Shown here: positions 1 through 11,155 of the stretch, piece by piece
Layout of the letters: each line of letters starts with the position of its first letter
Numbering within the stretch: position 1 is the stretch's first letter
Notes under the pieces: generated by a model
Seen by the model: only the letters and a program-made list of their open reading frames with translations
What the model was told of the DNA's origin: nothing
Database searches by the model: none
Program-made: the position numbers and the translations under genes
Assembly: GCA_963663385.2 (NCBI GenBank)
Contig: CAXXXD010000002.1
Coordinates: forward strand, 1,344,001 to 1,408,000
Source of the DNA: Oceanispirochaeta sp.
Lineage (GTDB): Bacteria; Spirochaetota; Spirochaetia; DSM-2461
Direction of reading: 5' to 3'
DNA length: 64,000 nucleotides

Positions 1-727
<727 letters not shown>

Positions 728-757
728 TATCATCTATTCTTATTGGAGGTGTGAATA

Positions 758-1912
758 ATGTCAGATTTTTTACCATATGGACATCAGTGGATTGATGATG
801 ATGACATCGATTCTGTTGTACGCGTTTTGAAAGCAGACTATATAGCACAGGGGCCTGAAGTTGAAAAGATGGAGAAGACAATATGTGATCTCACAGGCGC
901 AAAATACAGTGTGGTAGTATCTAATGCAACTGCAGGTCTGCATATTGCGGTAGCCGCCCTGAATCTTCCAAAGGATTCAGAAGGGATTACTTCGCCAATT
1001 ACTTTTGTTGCTTCATCCAATTGCCTTGTTTATTGCGGACTTACTCCGCGTTTTGCTGATATTGACCCAAGAACATACTGTATTGACCCAGTAGAGATTG
1101 AGAAGAAAATTACTCCACATACAAAAGTTCTCATTCCGGTCGATTTTGCAGGGCAACCGGCAGAAATGGATCGAATTAAAGAAATCGCTGATAAAAATGA
1201 CTTGCATATCATTGAAGATGCCGCACATGCTATTGGGACTCTGTACCCAGACGGTACACCTGTCGGTTCATGCAAATACTCAGATATGACAGTATTCTCT
1301 TTTCATCCGGTAAAAACAATAACCACAGGTGAAGGTGGTGCAATTACAACCAATAACAAAGCATTATACGACCATCTGGTTTTACTGCGTTCTCATGGTC
1401 TTGTGCGAGATCCCGATCAAATAGCAGATTATCCCGGTCCCTGGTATTACGAAATGAATGAATTGGGTTTCAATTATAGAATGACTGATATTCAGGCTGC
1501 TCTGGGAAATAGTCAGTTGAATAAGCTTTCGTTGTTTAAAAAACGAAGACGAGAAATTTTAACAAAATATAATGAAGCTTTTAAAGATAATAAATACCTA
1601 ACTGTTCCTTATGAAACCCCGGGGGCTGATAGCTGTTTTCATCTTTATATTTTGCAGATTGATTTTGAAGCATTGGGGAAGACTCGAAAACAAACTATTA
1701 AAGAATTAAATAGTAATGGAGTCGGTGTTCAGGTCCATTATATCCCTGTCGCTTATCAACCCTATTATAAAACCCGTTATTTTACAAAAAGAGGTGATTT
1801 CCCTGTTTCAGATCATTATTATGATAAAGCACTGAGCATTCCCCTTTATCCAAAGATGACCGATGATGATGTTCAACGGGTTATTGATACAGTATTGAAG
1901 GTTGTTCAATAA
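758..1912 (+). CDS. pseC: UDP-4-amino-4,6-dideoxy-N-acetyl-beta-L-altrosamine transaminase (DegT/DnrJ family, PseC-type)
   Basis: LPYGHQWIDDDDI N-terminus, EDAAHA, FSFHPVKTITTGEGG (PLP lysine), GFNYRMTDIQAALG; GGAGGT RBS; near pseF/pseI. Confidence 0.88.
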   Translation: MSDFLPYGHQWIDDDDIDSVVRVLKADYIAQGPEVEKMEKTICDLTGAKYSVVVSNATAGLHIAVAALNLPKDSEGITSPITFVASSNCLVYCGLTPRFADIDPRTYCIDPVEIEKKITPHTKVLIPVDFAGQPAEMDRIKEIADKNDLHIIEDAAHAIGTLYPDGTPVGSCKYSDMTVFSFHPVKTITTGEGGAITTNNKALYDHLVLLRSHGLVRDPDQIADYPGPWYYEMNELGFNYRMTDIQAALGNSQLNKLSLFKKRRREILTKYNEAFKDNKYLTVPYETPGADSCFHLYILQIDFEALGKTRKQTIKELNSNGVGVQVHYIPVAYQPYYKTRYFTKRGDFPVSDHYYDKALSIPLYPKMTDDDVQRVIDTVLKVVQ

Positions 1913-1948
1913 AATAGATTAAGTGTAATAGATATCAGGATTATAAAG

Positions 1949-2812
1949 ATGAATAAATTAGCTCTTGGAACTGTTCAGTTTGGATTGGATTATGGAATCA
2001 GTAATACCCATGGTAAAACCAGTTATACTGAGGTAGAAGCTATTCTTGGTTATGCCAGAAATGCGGGCATAAATCTACTTGATACTGCTCCAGCTTATGG
2101 AAATAGTGAAGAAGTACTTGGCCGTTACCTTAAAGAACCTGATAATAATTTTGAAATTGTTTCAAAATTGCCTGCAGATTTCAGTAGTGTTAAAGAAACA
2201 GTTATTCATTCACTTACTCAGCTGCAAACTGACAAGTTCTATGGTTACATATATCACAATTTTAATGTATTTAAAGGTAACCCCGATAGTATTTATGATC
2301 TATATGAATTACAGAATTCCGGGATAATCAGAAAGGTTGGTTTTTCTCTCTATAAGACTGAAGAACTGGACTTTTTGCTGCAAAATGAAATCAAATTTAA
2401 TATAGTACAGGTGCCTTATAGCATTTTTGATAGAAGATTTTCCAGGTATTTTGAATTACTCAAAGATATGGATGTTGAAGTACATGCTCGGTCGGCTTTC
2501 CTGCAAGGATTAGCTTTTGTTAATCCTTCAGATTTGAATACATTTTTTAAACCGGTGACTTCTCAGATTGAGGAGCTTAATGCATTATCAATCAAGTCTG
2601 GATTATCAATTGCTGATATATGTCTATTATGGTGTACCCAAAATGAATTCATTGATAAAGTAGTCATTGGAGTGAACACAAGGGATAATCTTATAGATAA
2701 TATTGAATCTGCTAAAAAGTATTTTGATTTTAAAAGTTCAACTTGGTTGAAAGGTATTGAAATACGAGATGAAAGTATTTTACTTCCTTTTTTATGGAAA
2801 AAGGGTAGGTAG
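1949..2812 (+). CDS. Aldo/keto reductase family oxidoreductase
   Basis: LALGTVQFGLDYG and DTAPAYGNSEEVLG AKR signatures. Confidence 0.88.
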   Translation: MNKLALGTVQFGLDYGISNTHGKTSYTEVEAILGYARNAGINLLDTAPAYGNSEEVLGRYLKEPDNNFEIVSKLPADFSSVKETVIHSLTQLQTDKFYGYIYHNFNVFKGNPDSIYDLYELQNSGIIRKVGFSLYKTEELDFLLQNEIKFNIVQVPYSIFDRRFSRYFELLKDMDVEVHARSAFLQGLAFVNPSDLNTFFKPVTSQIEELNALSIKSGLSIADICLLWCTQNEFIDKVVIGVNTRDNLIDNIESAKKYFDFKSSTWLKGIEIRDESILLPFLWKKGR

Positions 2813-2817
2813 TTATT

Positions 2818-3510
2818 ATGAAAAATACAATTGCTATTATAACGGCTAGAGGTGGCTCGAAAAGAATCCCCCAAAAAAATATAAAACCTTTCTTTGGTAA
2901 GCCAATGATTGGTTATGCGATTGAAGCCTGCAAAGAGGCAGGAATTTTCTCTACTATTATGGTCTCTACAGATTCGAAGGAGATTGCAGAGATTGCCAGA
3001 TCATATGGTGCGAAAATACCTTTTATGCGTTCTGATCGAACATCTTCCGATTTTGCAACAACTTATGATGTTTTGGAGGAAGTTGTTACGAACTACGAAA
3101 ATAAAGATATTTCCTTTGATTCATTATGCTGTGTGTATCCCTGTGTCCCGTTTTTAAGAGGTTCAACCTTAAAGTCAGCTTATGCACATTTCAATAAATC
3201 TACTGTGGAGGGTGTTCAGCCTGTCTGTAAATATCCAGTTCCGATAGAATGGGCAATGAAAATAGAAAATGGTATTCTTGTTCCAAATGATCATGAAGCA
3301 TTGAAGCTGCGATCACAGGATTTAACCCCAAAATACTTTGATGTCGGGATGTTTTATTTTATAAAAACAAAAGCTCTTTTAGAACAGAAAACCCTGGTTC
3401 CATCAAAAACTTTTGCCTATATTATGAACGAAAATGAAATCCAGGATATTGATACCATGGATGATTGGAATTTAGCTGAATTAAAAATGAAATTGATGAG
3501 AGGTTATTAA
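2818..3510 (+). CDS. pseF: Pseudaminic acid cytidylyltransferase (CMP-nonulosonate synthetase)
   Basis: IITARGGSKRIPQKNIK, VSTDS, QDIDTMDDW motifs; pse context. Confidence 0.88.
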   Translation: MKNTIAIITARGGSKRIPQKNIKPFFGKPMIGYAIEACKEAGIFSTIMVSTDSKEIAEIARSYGAKIPFMRSDRTSSDFATTYDVLEEVVTNYENKDISFDSLCCVYPCVPFLRGSTLKSAYAHFNKSTVEGVQPVCKYPVPIEWAMKIENGILVPNDHEALKLRSQDLTPKYFDVGMFYFIKTKALLEQKTLVPSKTFAYIMNENEIQDIDTMDDWNLAELKMKLMRGY

Positions 3511-4821
3511 ATGGGAAAAGGTCAGGATTTATACATTCGTGCTAAAGAAATTATACCTGGAGGTACTCAGCTTCTGAGCAAGCGTCCAGAGCAGTTCCTT
3601 CCGGATAATTGGCCTGCTTATTACAGTAAAGCTAAAGGGTGCAGTGTCTGGGATTTGGACGGTAATGAATATATAGATGCCAGTTTCATGGGGATCGGTG
3701 CCAATATTCTGGGATATGCAGATGAAGATGTTGACGCATCTGTTTCAAAAGCAATATCAATGGGTACCATGACAACTCTTAATCCTCCGGAAGAAGTCGA
3801 ACTCGCTGAAAAACTGATAGAAATTCATCCCTGGTCTCGAATGGTTCGATTCACAAGAACTGGTGGTGAAGCAATGACAGTCGCCGTTCGTATTGCCAGA
3901 GCTGCAACAAAAAAGGACATAGTACTGTTCTGTGGTTACCATGGATGGCACGATTGGTATATTGCAGCAAATCTCTCTGATAATTCAGCTCTGGATGGGC
4001 AGCTGTTGCCCGGACTTCAACCTGCGGGAGTTCCGCGCTTTCTTAAAGATTCTTCATTTCCATTCAGCTTTAATAGCAAGGAAGAATTTTCATCTCTGAT
4101 TGCTAAATACAAAGGTCGAATTGCTGCAGTAGTAATGGAACCAATTCGTAATGTTGAACCTGAAGAAGGTTTTTGGGAATATATTCAAACGGAAACTGAC
4201 GATAATGGAATTGCTCTCATTATTGATGAAATAACATCTGGTTGGCGTTTAAATCTTGGGGGTGCTCATCTTTTGTATGGAATAGAGCCTGATATATGTG
4301 TCTTTGCTAAAGGTATGAGCAATGGTTATCCAATGGCTGCAATTATTGGAAAAACAGAATTCATGGATGCAGCTCAGGACTCGTTTATCAGTAGTACATA
4401 CTGGACTGAACGTATTGGGCCTGTTGCAGCTTTATCTTCGATTCTGAAAATGAAAAAACACAATGTTCAGGATCATTTGATTAGTACAGGCAAAGTAATA
4501 CAAAAAGGATGGAATGAAATATCAGCTAAGCATGATATTACAATTCATGTAGGGTCAATATATCCCCTCAGCCATTTCGAGTTTAAGGCCAATGAGCCAT
4601 TAGTCTTGAAAACGTTATTTACTCAGGAAATGTTGAAGAAAGGCTTTTTAGCTACTAATTCATTCTACTGCAGTTACAGTCATACGGAACAAAAGGTTCA
4701 GAAATATCTTGAAGCCGTAGATGATGTTTTTGGAATTATTAAAAACGGACTTAGCCAGGGGAATGTAAAATCATTGCTGGATGGCCCAGTATGTCAAAGT
4801 GGTTTTAAGAGATTGAACTAA
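3511..4821 (+). CDS. Class-III PLP aminotransferase (glutamate-1-semialdehyde aminomutase-like)
   Basis: WDLDGNEYID, FTRTGGEA, GYHGWHD, DEITSGWR, FAKGMSNGYP. Confidence 0.88.
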   Translation: MGKGQDLYIRAKEIIPGGTQLLSKRPEQFLPDNWPAYYSKAKGCSVWDLDGNEYIDASFMGIGANILGYADEDVDASVSKAISMGTMTTLNPPEEVELAEKLIEIHPWSRMVRFTRTGGEAMTVAVRIARAATKKDIVLFCGYHGWHDWYIAANLSDNSALDGQLLPGLQPAGVPRFLKDSSFPFSFNSKEEFSSLIAKYKGRIAAVVMEPIRNVEPEEGFWEYIQTETDDNGIALIIDEITSGWRLNLGGAHLLYGIEPDICVFAKGMSNGYPMAAIIGKTEFMDAAQDSFISSTYWTERIGPVAALSSILKMKKHNVQDHLISTGKVIQKGWNEISAKHDITIHVGSIYPLSHFEFKANEPLVLKTLFTQEMLKKGFLATNSFYCSYSHTEQKVQKYLEAVDDVFGIIKNGLSQGNVKSLLDGPVCQSGFKRLN

Positions 4822-4841
4822 TAGTCTTATGAGGTGTTTGT

Positions 4842-5597
4842 TTGAAGATACAGTTTGGTCTTAAAGCATGGTCAACAAATATGCTTTTAATACCTGAAAC
4901 AATTAAAGCATTTGAAGAAAGGTCTTTGGATTATGTTGAACTTTTTTGTGTGCCGGGGACAGTAATGGATACCGCTCCACAATGGTCAGCAACAGGAATC
5001 CCCTTTATTGTTCATGCACCACATTCTTTAAGTGGTTTGAATTTTTCTCAAAAAGGAATGGCAGCGCAGAATAGAGAATTAGCTGAAGAGGCTTTCAAAA
5101 TGGCTGATATCCTTGCCGCGGATACTGTTATATTTCACCCGGGTACGGATGGGAATCTTGAGGAAACAATTTCTCAGGTTCAAAAGAACTATGATCCGAG
5201 AATGGTTATTGAAAATAAACCGTATTCAGGACTGGATGGTTCTATTTGTATAGGTTCAACCCCAGAAGAAATATCATCAATCAGTAAGGTATTAAATATC
5301 CCCTTTTGTCTAGATTTTGGACATGCCGTTGCATCGGCCAATTCTCATAAAATTGATCCTCTTGAATTCATAAAACAATTCATTTTATTAAGTCCGAAAA
5401 TGTATCATCTAACTGATGGAGAATATAGTAGCGAACTTGATCATCATAAGATGTATGGCACCGGAGATTTCCCAATGCGGGAATTCCTCAAACTGATTCC
5501 TGATAACTCAAAAGTAAGTAATGAGGCAGAACGTTCTGATAATAATAGTATTCGTGATTACCTAATAGATAGGGAATGGGTTGAAAGTAATGCTTAA
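4842..5597 (+). CDS. Xylose-isomerase/AP-endonuclease-2-like TIM-barrel metalloprotein
   Basis: TTG start after GAGGTG; metal-ligand pattern HAPH, FHPG, IENKP, LDFGHA, HLTDG, DHH. Confidence 0.75.
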   Translation: MKIQFGLKAWSTNMLLIPETIKAFEERSLDYVELFCVPGTVMDTAPQWSATGIPFIVHAPHSLSGLNFSQKGMAAQNRELAEEAFKMADILAADTVIFHPGTDGNLEETISQVQKNYDPRMVIENKPYSGLDGSICIGSTPEEISSISKVLNIPFCLDFGHAVASANSHKIDPLEFIKQFILLSPKMYHLTDGEYSSELDHHKMYGTGDFPMREFLKLIPDNSKVSNEAERSDNNSIRDYLIDREWVESNA

Positions 5598-6051
5598 AAT
5601 GACCAATGCAAAAATTACTGACTTGGATGCAGTATATAAGCTTTCGAATGACCCCGTTGTACGTTCCGTTTCTCTAACAACAGAACCTATCCCGTATAAG
5701 ACTCATTGTAATTGGTTTAAAAAGATACTGAAGGATACGAACTCTCTTTTTCTGGTTTTTCATGATCAGGAAAAGCTAGTAGCTCAGGTTCGATTCAATC
5801 GAATCTCTAATGATATTGCAGAAATTAGTATTAGTATATCTTCTGAATTCCGAGGGAAAGGTATAGGACAAACTGTAATGAATAACGCTATTGGGAGATT
5901 AGTTGAAACATGGCCGGTAAAAATAATACAGGCTATTACAAAGAAAGATAATCAAGTTTCTTTACGATATTTTCAAAAATGTGGTTACACCATTAAGAGC
6001 AGTCATGTATATAAAGATATTGATTGCTATTTACTAAGTTATAGTTTATAA
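5590..6051 (+). CDS. GNAT N-acetyltransferase (PseH-like)
   Basis: NDPVVRSVS..H..WF, FRGKGIG acetyl-CoA motif, SLRYFQKCGY; directly upstream of pseI; alternative TTG start at 5581. Confidence 0.75.
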   Translation: MLKMTNAKITDLDAVYKLSNDPVVRSVSLTTEPIPYKTHCNWFKKILKDTNSLFLVFHDQEKLVAQVRFNRISNDIAEISISISSEFRGKGIGQTVMNNAIGRLVETWPVKIIQAITKKDNQVSLRYFQKCGYTIKSSHVYKDIDCYLLSYSL

Positions 6052-6060
6052 GGTTCAAAG

Positions 6061-7101
6061 ATGAGTAATACGTTGATCATTGCAGAATTATCAGCTAATC
6101 ATGGAAATAAAATTCAAAATGCGATTGAAACAATTCGTGCTGCAAAAGATGCAGGGGCTGATGCAATAAAATTTCAGACTTATACGCCAGATACTTTAAC
6201 ATTGAATTGCGATAATGAATATTTTCAGATTAATCAGGGATCGCTTTGGGATGGTGAAACTTTTTACAAACTGTATCAAAAGGCCTCCACACCATGGGAA
6301 TGGCATGAAGAGTTATTTAAGTATGCCAGAAGTATTGATCTAATTCCATTTTCAACACCATTTGATGAAACAGCTGTTGATTTCCTTGAAGATTTAAATA
6401 ATCCAATTTATAAAATAGCCTCTTTTGAGATAGTTGATATTCCGTTGATTGAGTATGCGGCATCAAAAGGTAAGCCCATGATTATTTCTACGGGTATTGC
6501 AACTGAAACAGAAATCAAAGAAGCTGTTGAAGCCTGTAAAAGTCAAAAAAATACTGATATAACATTATTGAAATGTACTTCAGCATATCCAGCACCGCTA
6601 GAGGAAGCAAATTTGCTGACTATCGCTGATATGAAAGAACGGTTTAATGTAAAAGTTGGATTATCAGACCACTCTTTAGGTGATATAACAGCAATATCCG
6701 CAGTTGCCCTCGGAGCAAGTGTTGTTGAAAAACATTTTATTCTTGATCGTTCAATCGGAGGGCCGGATTCCGATTTCTCAATGATACCTGCTGATTTTGA
6801 GAATATGGTTAAAAAAATTAGATCCGTAGAAAAATGTCTGGGTAATGTAACCTATTCATTATCAGATAAAATGAAATCAAACCGTAAATTTTCCAGATCA
6901 TTATTTGCAGTTTCAGATATTAAAAAAGGAGACCTCTTTACGAAGGAGAATATTCGTTCAATACGGCCTGGCGATGGAATAAGTCCGAAGTATTTACCGC
7001 AATTACTTGGGCATTGCGCAATCAGGGATATTGAAAGAGGAACCCCTCTATTGGATACAGATTTAGATTCTATAAAAAGAGAAGAGAGTGATCAAACATG
7101 A
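6061..7101 (+). CDS. pseI: Pseudaminic acid synthase (NeuB family with C-terminal SAF domain)
   Basis: IIAELSANH, KFQTYTPDT, YKIASFE, LLKCTSAYP, GLSDH, EKHF, IRPGDG. Confidence 0.9.
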   Translation: MSNTLIIAELSANHGNKIQNAIETIRAAKDAGADAIKFQTYTPDTLTLNCDNEYFQINQGSLWDGETFYKLYQKASTPWEWHEELFKYARSIDLIPFSTPFDETAVDFLEDLNNPIYKIASFEIVDIPLIEYAASKGKPMIISTGIATETEIKEAVEACKSQKNTDITLLKCTSAYPAPLEEANLLTIADMKERFNVKVGLSDHSLGDITAISAVALGASVVEKHFILDRSIGGPDSDFSMIPADFENMVKKIRSVEKCLGNVTYSLSDKMKSNRKFSRSLFAVSDIKKGDLFTKENIRSIRPGDGISPKYLPQLLGHCAIRDIERGTPLLDTDLDSIKREESDQT

Positions 7102-7850
7102 TTGAGAATAAGAAAATAGTTGCTATCATTGAAGCTAGGATGACATCTACCAGATTTCCGGGAAAGGTATTGAAGCCAATAGGTGACATTCCTGCATTGG
7201 ATTTCATGGTAAGGCGTGTAAGGGAAAGTAAATATATTGATGATGTAGTTGTTGCTTGCACTGTAAATCATGAAGATGAACCAATTAAATTGTATTGCGA
7301 TAAAAGTGGAATCTCTTATTATCGAGGAAGTGAAGATGATGTTCTGGAGAGAGTTCTTGACGCTGCAATACACTATTCAACTGATGTGATTGTAGAATTG
7401 ACTGGAGATTGTCCTTTTGTTGATCCCGATTTATTAGATCAGGTAATCTCTTTATATTTTGATAATGATGTTGATTATGCTTCAAATATAGTCAAACGTA
7501 CGTTTCCTGATGGCTGTGATATCCAGGTGTTCTCTGTAGATGCCTTAAAAAAAGTTGATAGCCTAACAGATGATCCAATCGCACGAGTTCATGTCTCTAG
7601 TTACTTCTACACAACAAAAGGAATTTTCTCTCTGGCAAATCTTGAAGCTCCTGCTGATTTTTTCTGGCCTGACTTGGGTCTCACACTAGATGAAGTTGAT
7701 GATTATAAATTCCTATGTGCTATTTTTGATAAAATTGGGAAATCAGTGGAAAGTTTCAGAATAAAAGATGTAATTGAGGTTTTAAGGAATAATCCAGATT
7801 TAATGTTAATTAATGATCATGTTAGGCGTAAATCTATTGAAGAGGGATAA
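7098..7850 (+). CDS. SpsF-like cytidylyltransferase (second CMP-transferase of the locus)
   Basis: EARMTSTRFPGKVL, RGSEDDVLER, ELTGDCPFVDP, LTLDEVDDY. Confidence 0.82.
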   Translation: MIENKKIVAIIEARMTSTRFPGKVLKPIGDIPALDFMVRRVRESKYIDDVVVACTVNHEDEPIKLYCDKSGISYYRGSEDDVLERVLDAAIHYSTDVIVELTGDCPFVDPDLLDQVISLYFDNDVDYASNIVKRTFPDGCDIQVFSVDALKKVDSLTDDPIARVHVSSYFYTTKGIFSLANLEAPADFFWPDLGLTLDEVDDYKFLCAIFDKIGKSVESFRIKDVIEVLRNNPDLMLINDHVRRKSIEEG

Positions 7851-8829
7851 GTTAAAAGCTGTAATTGTAGGATCTGGAAGAATTGGAGCGAGTTTTGATA
7901 CTCCGGATTCTGAATCCATACTGAGTCATGCACATGCATTTTCCAGTAATCAGGACATTATCTTATCAGCAATATTCGATATTGACTGTGATGCGAGCCA
8001 ATCTATGGCGGAAAGGTGGGGTTGTAGATCATATCAGGACTTTGAACTGATGATGGATACAGAGAAGCCGGATATTGTAAGTGTATGTGTTCCTGATGAA
8101 TATCACTATGAATATTTAAAGAAATTGGCTGGATACTCTCCAAGGATTATTCTGTCTGAAAAGCCCATTACAAAAAGAATCAGTGAATCTGAGGAGTTGC
8201 TGCAGTTATTCTCAGTCAGGGGAATCCCTGTTAATATAAACTATATAAGAAGATTTGATCCCTATATTATAAAAATACGTAATAACTTTACTTTAGGAAA
8301 ATTTGGTAAAGCCATTTCCGTAAATGCCGTTTATGGCAAGGGTCTGATGCATAATGGAACTCATCTTGTTGATTTCTTCAGATTCTTTTTTGGCGGTGTA
8401 CAATCTTTTAAAACCGGCTATTTCATAAACGATTATATTGATGATGATCCATCCATAGCTTTTGAAATGAAATGCGAAGTATGTGATAATATAACGGTAT
8501 CTGTTGTAGATTCTACCATCTATACAGCTTTTGAAATTCACATGTTTTTTGAAAAATGTAAAATCTCTTTATTGAAGGGTGGATTGGAAGCAGAATTCAC
8601 AGCCGTAGAGGAAGATCCGGTTTTCAATGGATATAAAGATCTTATAAATCCTAAGAAATTAAAAACCGGTTTAAATCGTTCTTTAGAGCATTATATCGAA
8701 AACTCAATTAATAGTATTACAAAAAAAGAAGTATTGAGATGTTCTATTGGGGATGCATTTGAAACACAAAAAATTTGTGATTATATATTGAATGAGTGGA
8801 GCAGAAACTATGAAAACTCTTGCAATTAA
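7813..8829 (+). CDS. Gfo/Idh/MocA family NAD(P)-dependent oxidoreductase
   Basis: VIVGSGRIG Rossmann motif, VCVPDEYH, SEKP, NYIRRF, HNGTHLVD; start may be TTG at 7837. Confidence 0.85.
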   Translation: MIMLGVNLLKRDKLKAVIVGSGRIGASFDTPDSESILSHAHAFSSNQDIILSAIFDIDCDASQSMAERWGCRSYQDFELMMDTEKPDIVSVCVPDEYHYEYLKKLAGYSPRIILSEKPITKRISESEELLQLFSVRGIPVNINYIRRFDPYIIKIRNNFTLGKFGKAISVNAVYGKGLMHNGTHLVDFFRFFFGGVQSFKTGYFINDYIDDDPSIAFEMKCEVCDNITVSVVDSTIYTAFEIHMFFEKCKISLLKGGLEAEFTAVEEDPVFNGYKDLINPKKLKTGLNRSLEHYIENSINSITKKEVLRCSIGDAFETQKICDYILNEWSRNYENSCN

Positions 8830-10123
8830 CGGAGGGAACCCGATTCGAAAAATATCCTTACCTTCGTATCAGGTCTTTAATGAAGAAGAAGCAAAATGCG
8901 CATATTATGTTGTAAAGTCAGGGATTCTTTCGGATTATCTAGGCTGTTGGGATTCGGCATTCTATGGTGGGGAACAGGTTCAGGCATTTGAAAAGGAATG
9001 GGCTGATTATTTCAAGTCAAAACATGCAGTAAGTGTTAATTCCAATACTTCGGGTATTATTACGGCACTCGGTGCTGTTGGTGTTGGACCGGGAGATGAA
9101 GTTATTGTCTCTCCATACTCAATGTCTATATCCGCTTCGGCACCTATCTTCTGGGGAGCGTTGCCTGTTTTTGCTGATATTGAACCTGATTATTTTTGTC
9201 TGAATCCAGATGATATAGAAAGAAAAATAACACCTAGAACAAAGGCAATAATTGTTGTTGATATATTCGGACAGCCATTTAATGTGGAAAGAATAAAGGA
9301 AATAGCTAAAAAGAATAATTTATATATTATTGAAGATTGCGCTCAGGCTCCTGGTGCAAAATATAATAATGAATTTGCTGGCACTTTAGGTGATATAGGT
9401 ATATTCTCCTTAAATTATCATAAGCATATCCATACAGGCGAGGGGGGGATGATCATTACGGATGATGATGATTTGGCTGTCCGGTGCCAGTTGATTCGGA
9501 ACCATGCTGAAACGGTAGTCGACGATATGGGATATCAGGGAAGTCCAGTTAACATGGTTGGCATGAATTTGCGAATGACGGAAATTGAAGCAGGGATTGG
9601 CAGAATACAGCTCTCCAAGTTGGATGGATTGCTCAAAAAAAGGCTAAATAATGTAAGGATGCTTGAAGAAGGTTTATCCGATCTGCCTTTTCTTACGATG
9701 CCGAAGATTCGGGATTCCGCGGAACATGCATACTATATTCATGTCATGAAATACGATGAGACATCGACCGGAGTTTCCAGAGCCGACTTTGTCGATGCTG
9801 TGAATTATGAATTGATGCCTGCCGGTAAAAATGACACCAGAAACAGCATGTTGTCTTGTGGATATGTCAAGCCATTATACCTGCAATCTTTGTATCAGAA
9901 TAAAACTGGGATAGGTAAGGCTTGTTATCCTTTTACAAATCCGGTATACGAAGATGTTTCATATACCAAAGGATTGTGTCCGGTAACGGAAGAGATGCAT
10001 TTTGAAAAAGTCATTATTAACGATCTGATCCATGCGTCTCTGACTGAATCCGATATGAAAGATATCATTGATGCATTTCACAAAGTTACTGATAATCTTG
10101 ATGAATTAAAACAACAGGTATAG
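8810..10123 (+). CDS. DegT/DnrJ/EryC1/StrS aminotransferase
   Basis: LAINGG N-terminus, EDCAQAPGA, FSLNYHKHIHTGEGG, NLRMTEIEA; ATG at 8810 follows GGAG. Confidence 0.88.
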   Translation: MKTLAINGGNPIRKISLPSYQVFNEEEAKCAYYVVKSGILSDYLGCWDSAFYGGEQVQAFEKEWADYFKSKHAVSVNSNTSGIITALGAVGVGPGDEVIVSPYSMSISASAPIFWGALPVFADIEPDYFCLNPDDIERKITPRTKAIIVVDIFGQPFNVERIKEIAKKNNLYIIEDCAQAPGAKYNNEFAGTLGDIGIFSLNYHKHIHTGEGGMIITDDDDLAVRCQLIRNHAETVVDDMGYQGSPVNMVGMNLRMTEIEAGIGRIQLSKLDGLLKKRLNNVRMLEEGLSDLPFLTMPKIRDSAEHAYYIHVMKYDETSTGVSRADFVDAVNYELMPAGKNDTRNSMLSCGYVKPLYLQSLYQNKTGIGKACYPFTNPVYEDVSYTKGLCPVTEEMHFEKVIINDLIHASLTESDMKDIIDAFHKVTDNLDELKQQV

Positions 10124-10132
10124 GGCAGTTTA

Positions 10133-11155
10133 TTGAGAAGAATATTTTTAGCTCATGATATAGGTGGAGCGGAACTGTTAGTCGCATATAAGGAATCAAG
10201 ATTTCCCAATGATTCATTTCTGTTTATATGTGATGGTCCCGCTGCGGAGTTGTTTTCGAACAAGAATATCCCCATATTGAGAATAGCTTCCGAAGAAGGT
10301 TTTCCTGTTACATTCAAAGAGATTGTTGAAGATTTCAGACCTCATGAAGCCTATTGCTCCACTGGATTGACGAAATATGAGACTGTCGCCATTAGAGAGT
10401 TGGTAAAACACGGCATCAAGACTACGGCTTTGGTCGAGCATTGGACGAATTATCGGGAACGATTCGGTTACCCGGCAGCGGACTGGAAAGAAAATCTGCC
10501 GGACCGTATCCTGTTTTTTGATGAACACGCGATAGAAATCGCAGAAAAGAACGGTTTTCCCAAAGACAGGATCTTTATTGAAGATAATCCATTGGTGGAA
10601 GAAAGGAAATTAATTTTCAATGGCAGACGCAGAAAGTCTAAGAATAGCGGAGAGCCCTTTGTCATTCTATACTTATCCGATTTGATTGCAGATAGTGCAT
10701 TGCAGAAGCATAACGATATCCAAGCATATGGTTTTACTGAAATCACCGTTTTTGATGATTTGATTGATGCAATAGAAGGCTGTGGACATTCGGATATAGA
10801 AATAGTCATCAGATGCCATCCCGCTGAAGAATCAGGGAAATTTGATGATTATGTCGCTGGTAATGTTGCAATTTCCAGTGATAAGGATCTGCTTGAAGAT
10901 ATTGCTAATGCCGATATTTGCGTAGGTTCATTCACTTCTGCTCTTGTTACAGCCTGTCATATGGGAACTGTATCCTGTTCATATATGCCGAATGCCAATC
11001 ATGATAATCTTCTGGAAGGAATGGATATCAGCCATTTACCCGGAATCCATGTCTTTGACAATGTAAAAGCTTTAAGGCTGTTCATAAAAGGTCAATTAAA
11101 CTTGTCCGAACAAATCGAAAATAATAATTCAAAGGGAACAGTGGAGATAAAATGA
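10133..11155 (+). CDS. Hypothetical protein, possibly GT-B-fold transferase/hydrolase
   Basis: 340-aa ORF in the operon; HDIGGA N-terminal loop, IRCHPAE, ADICVGSFTSAL resemble GT-B/capsule-transferase motifs (inference). Confidence 0.55.
   Translation: MRRIFLAHDIGGAELLVAYKESRFPNDSFLFICDGPAAELFSNKNIPILRIASEEGFPVTFKEIVEDFRPHEAYCSTGLTKYETVAIRELVKHGIKTTALVEHWTNYRERFGYPAADWKENLPDRILFFDEHAIEIAEKNGFPKDRIFIEDNPLVEERKLIFNGRRRKSKNSGEPFVILYLSDLIADSALQKHNDIQAYGFTEITVFDDLIDAIEGCGHSDIEIVIRCHPAEESGKFDDYVAGNVAISSDKDLLEDIANADICVGSFTSALVTACHMGTVSCSYMPNANHDNLLEGMDISHLPGIHVFDNVKALRLFIKGQLNLSEQIENNNSKGTVEIK

Noticed and set aside
3511..4821. hemL (tetrapyrrole synthesis)
   Set aside because: GSA-aminomutase-like fold but embedded and translationally coupled in a sugar-nucleotide operon, so more likely a tailoring aminotransferase
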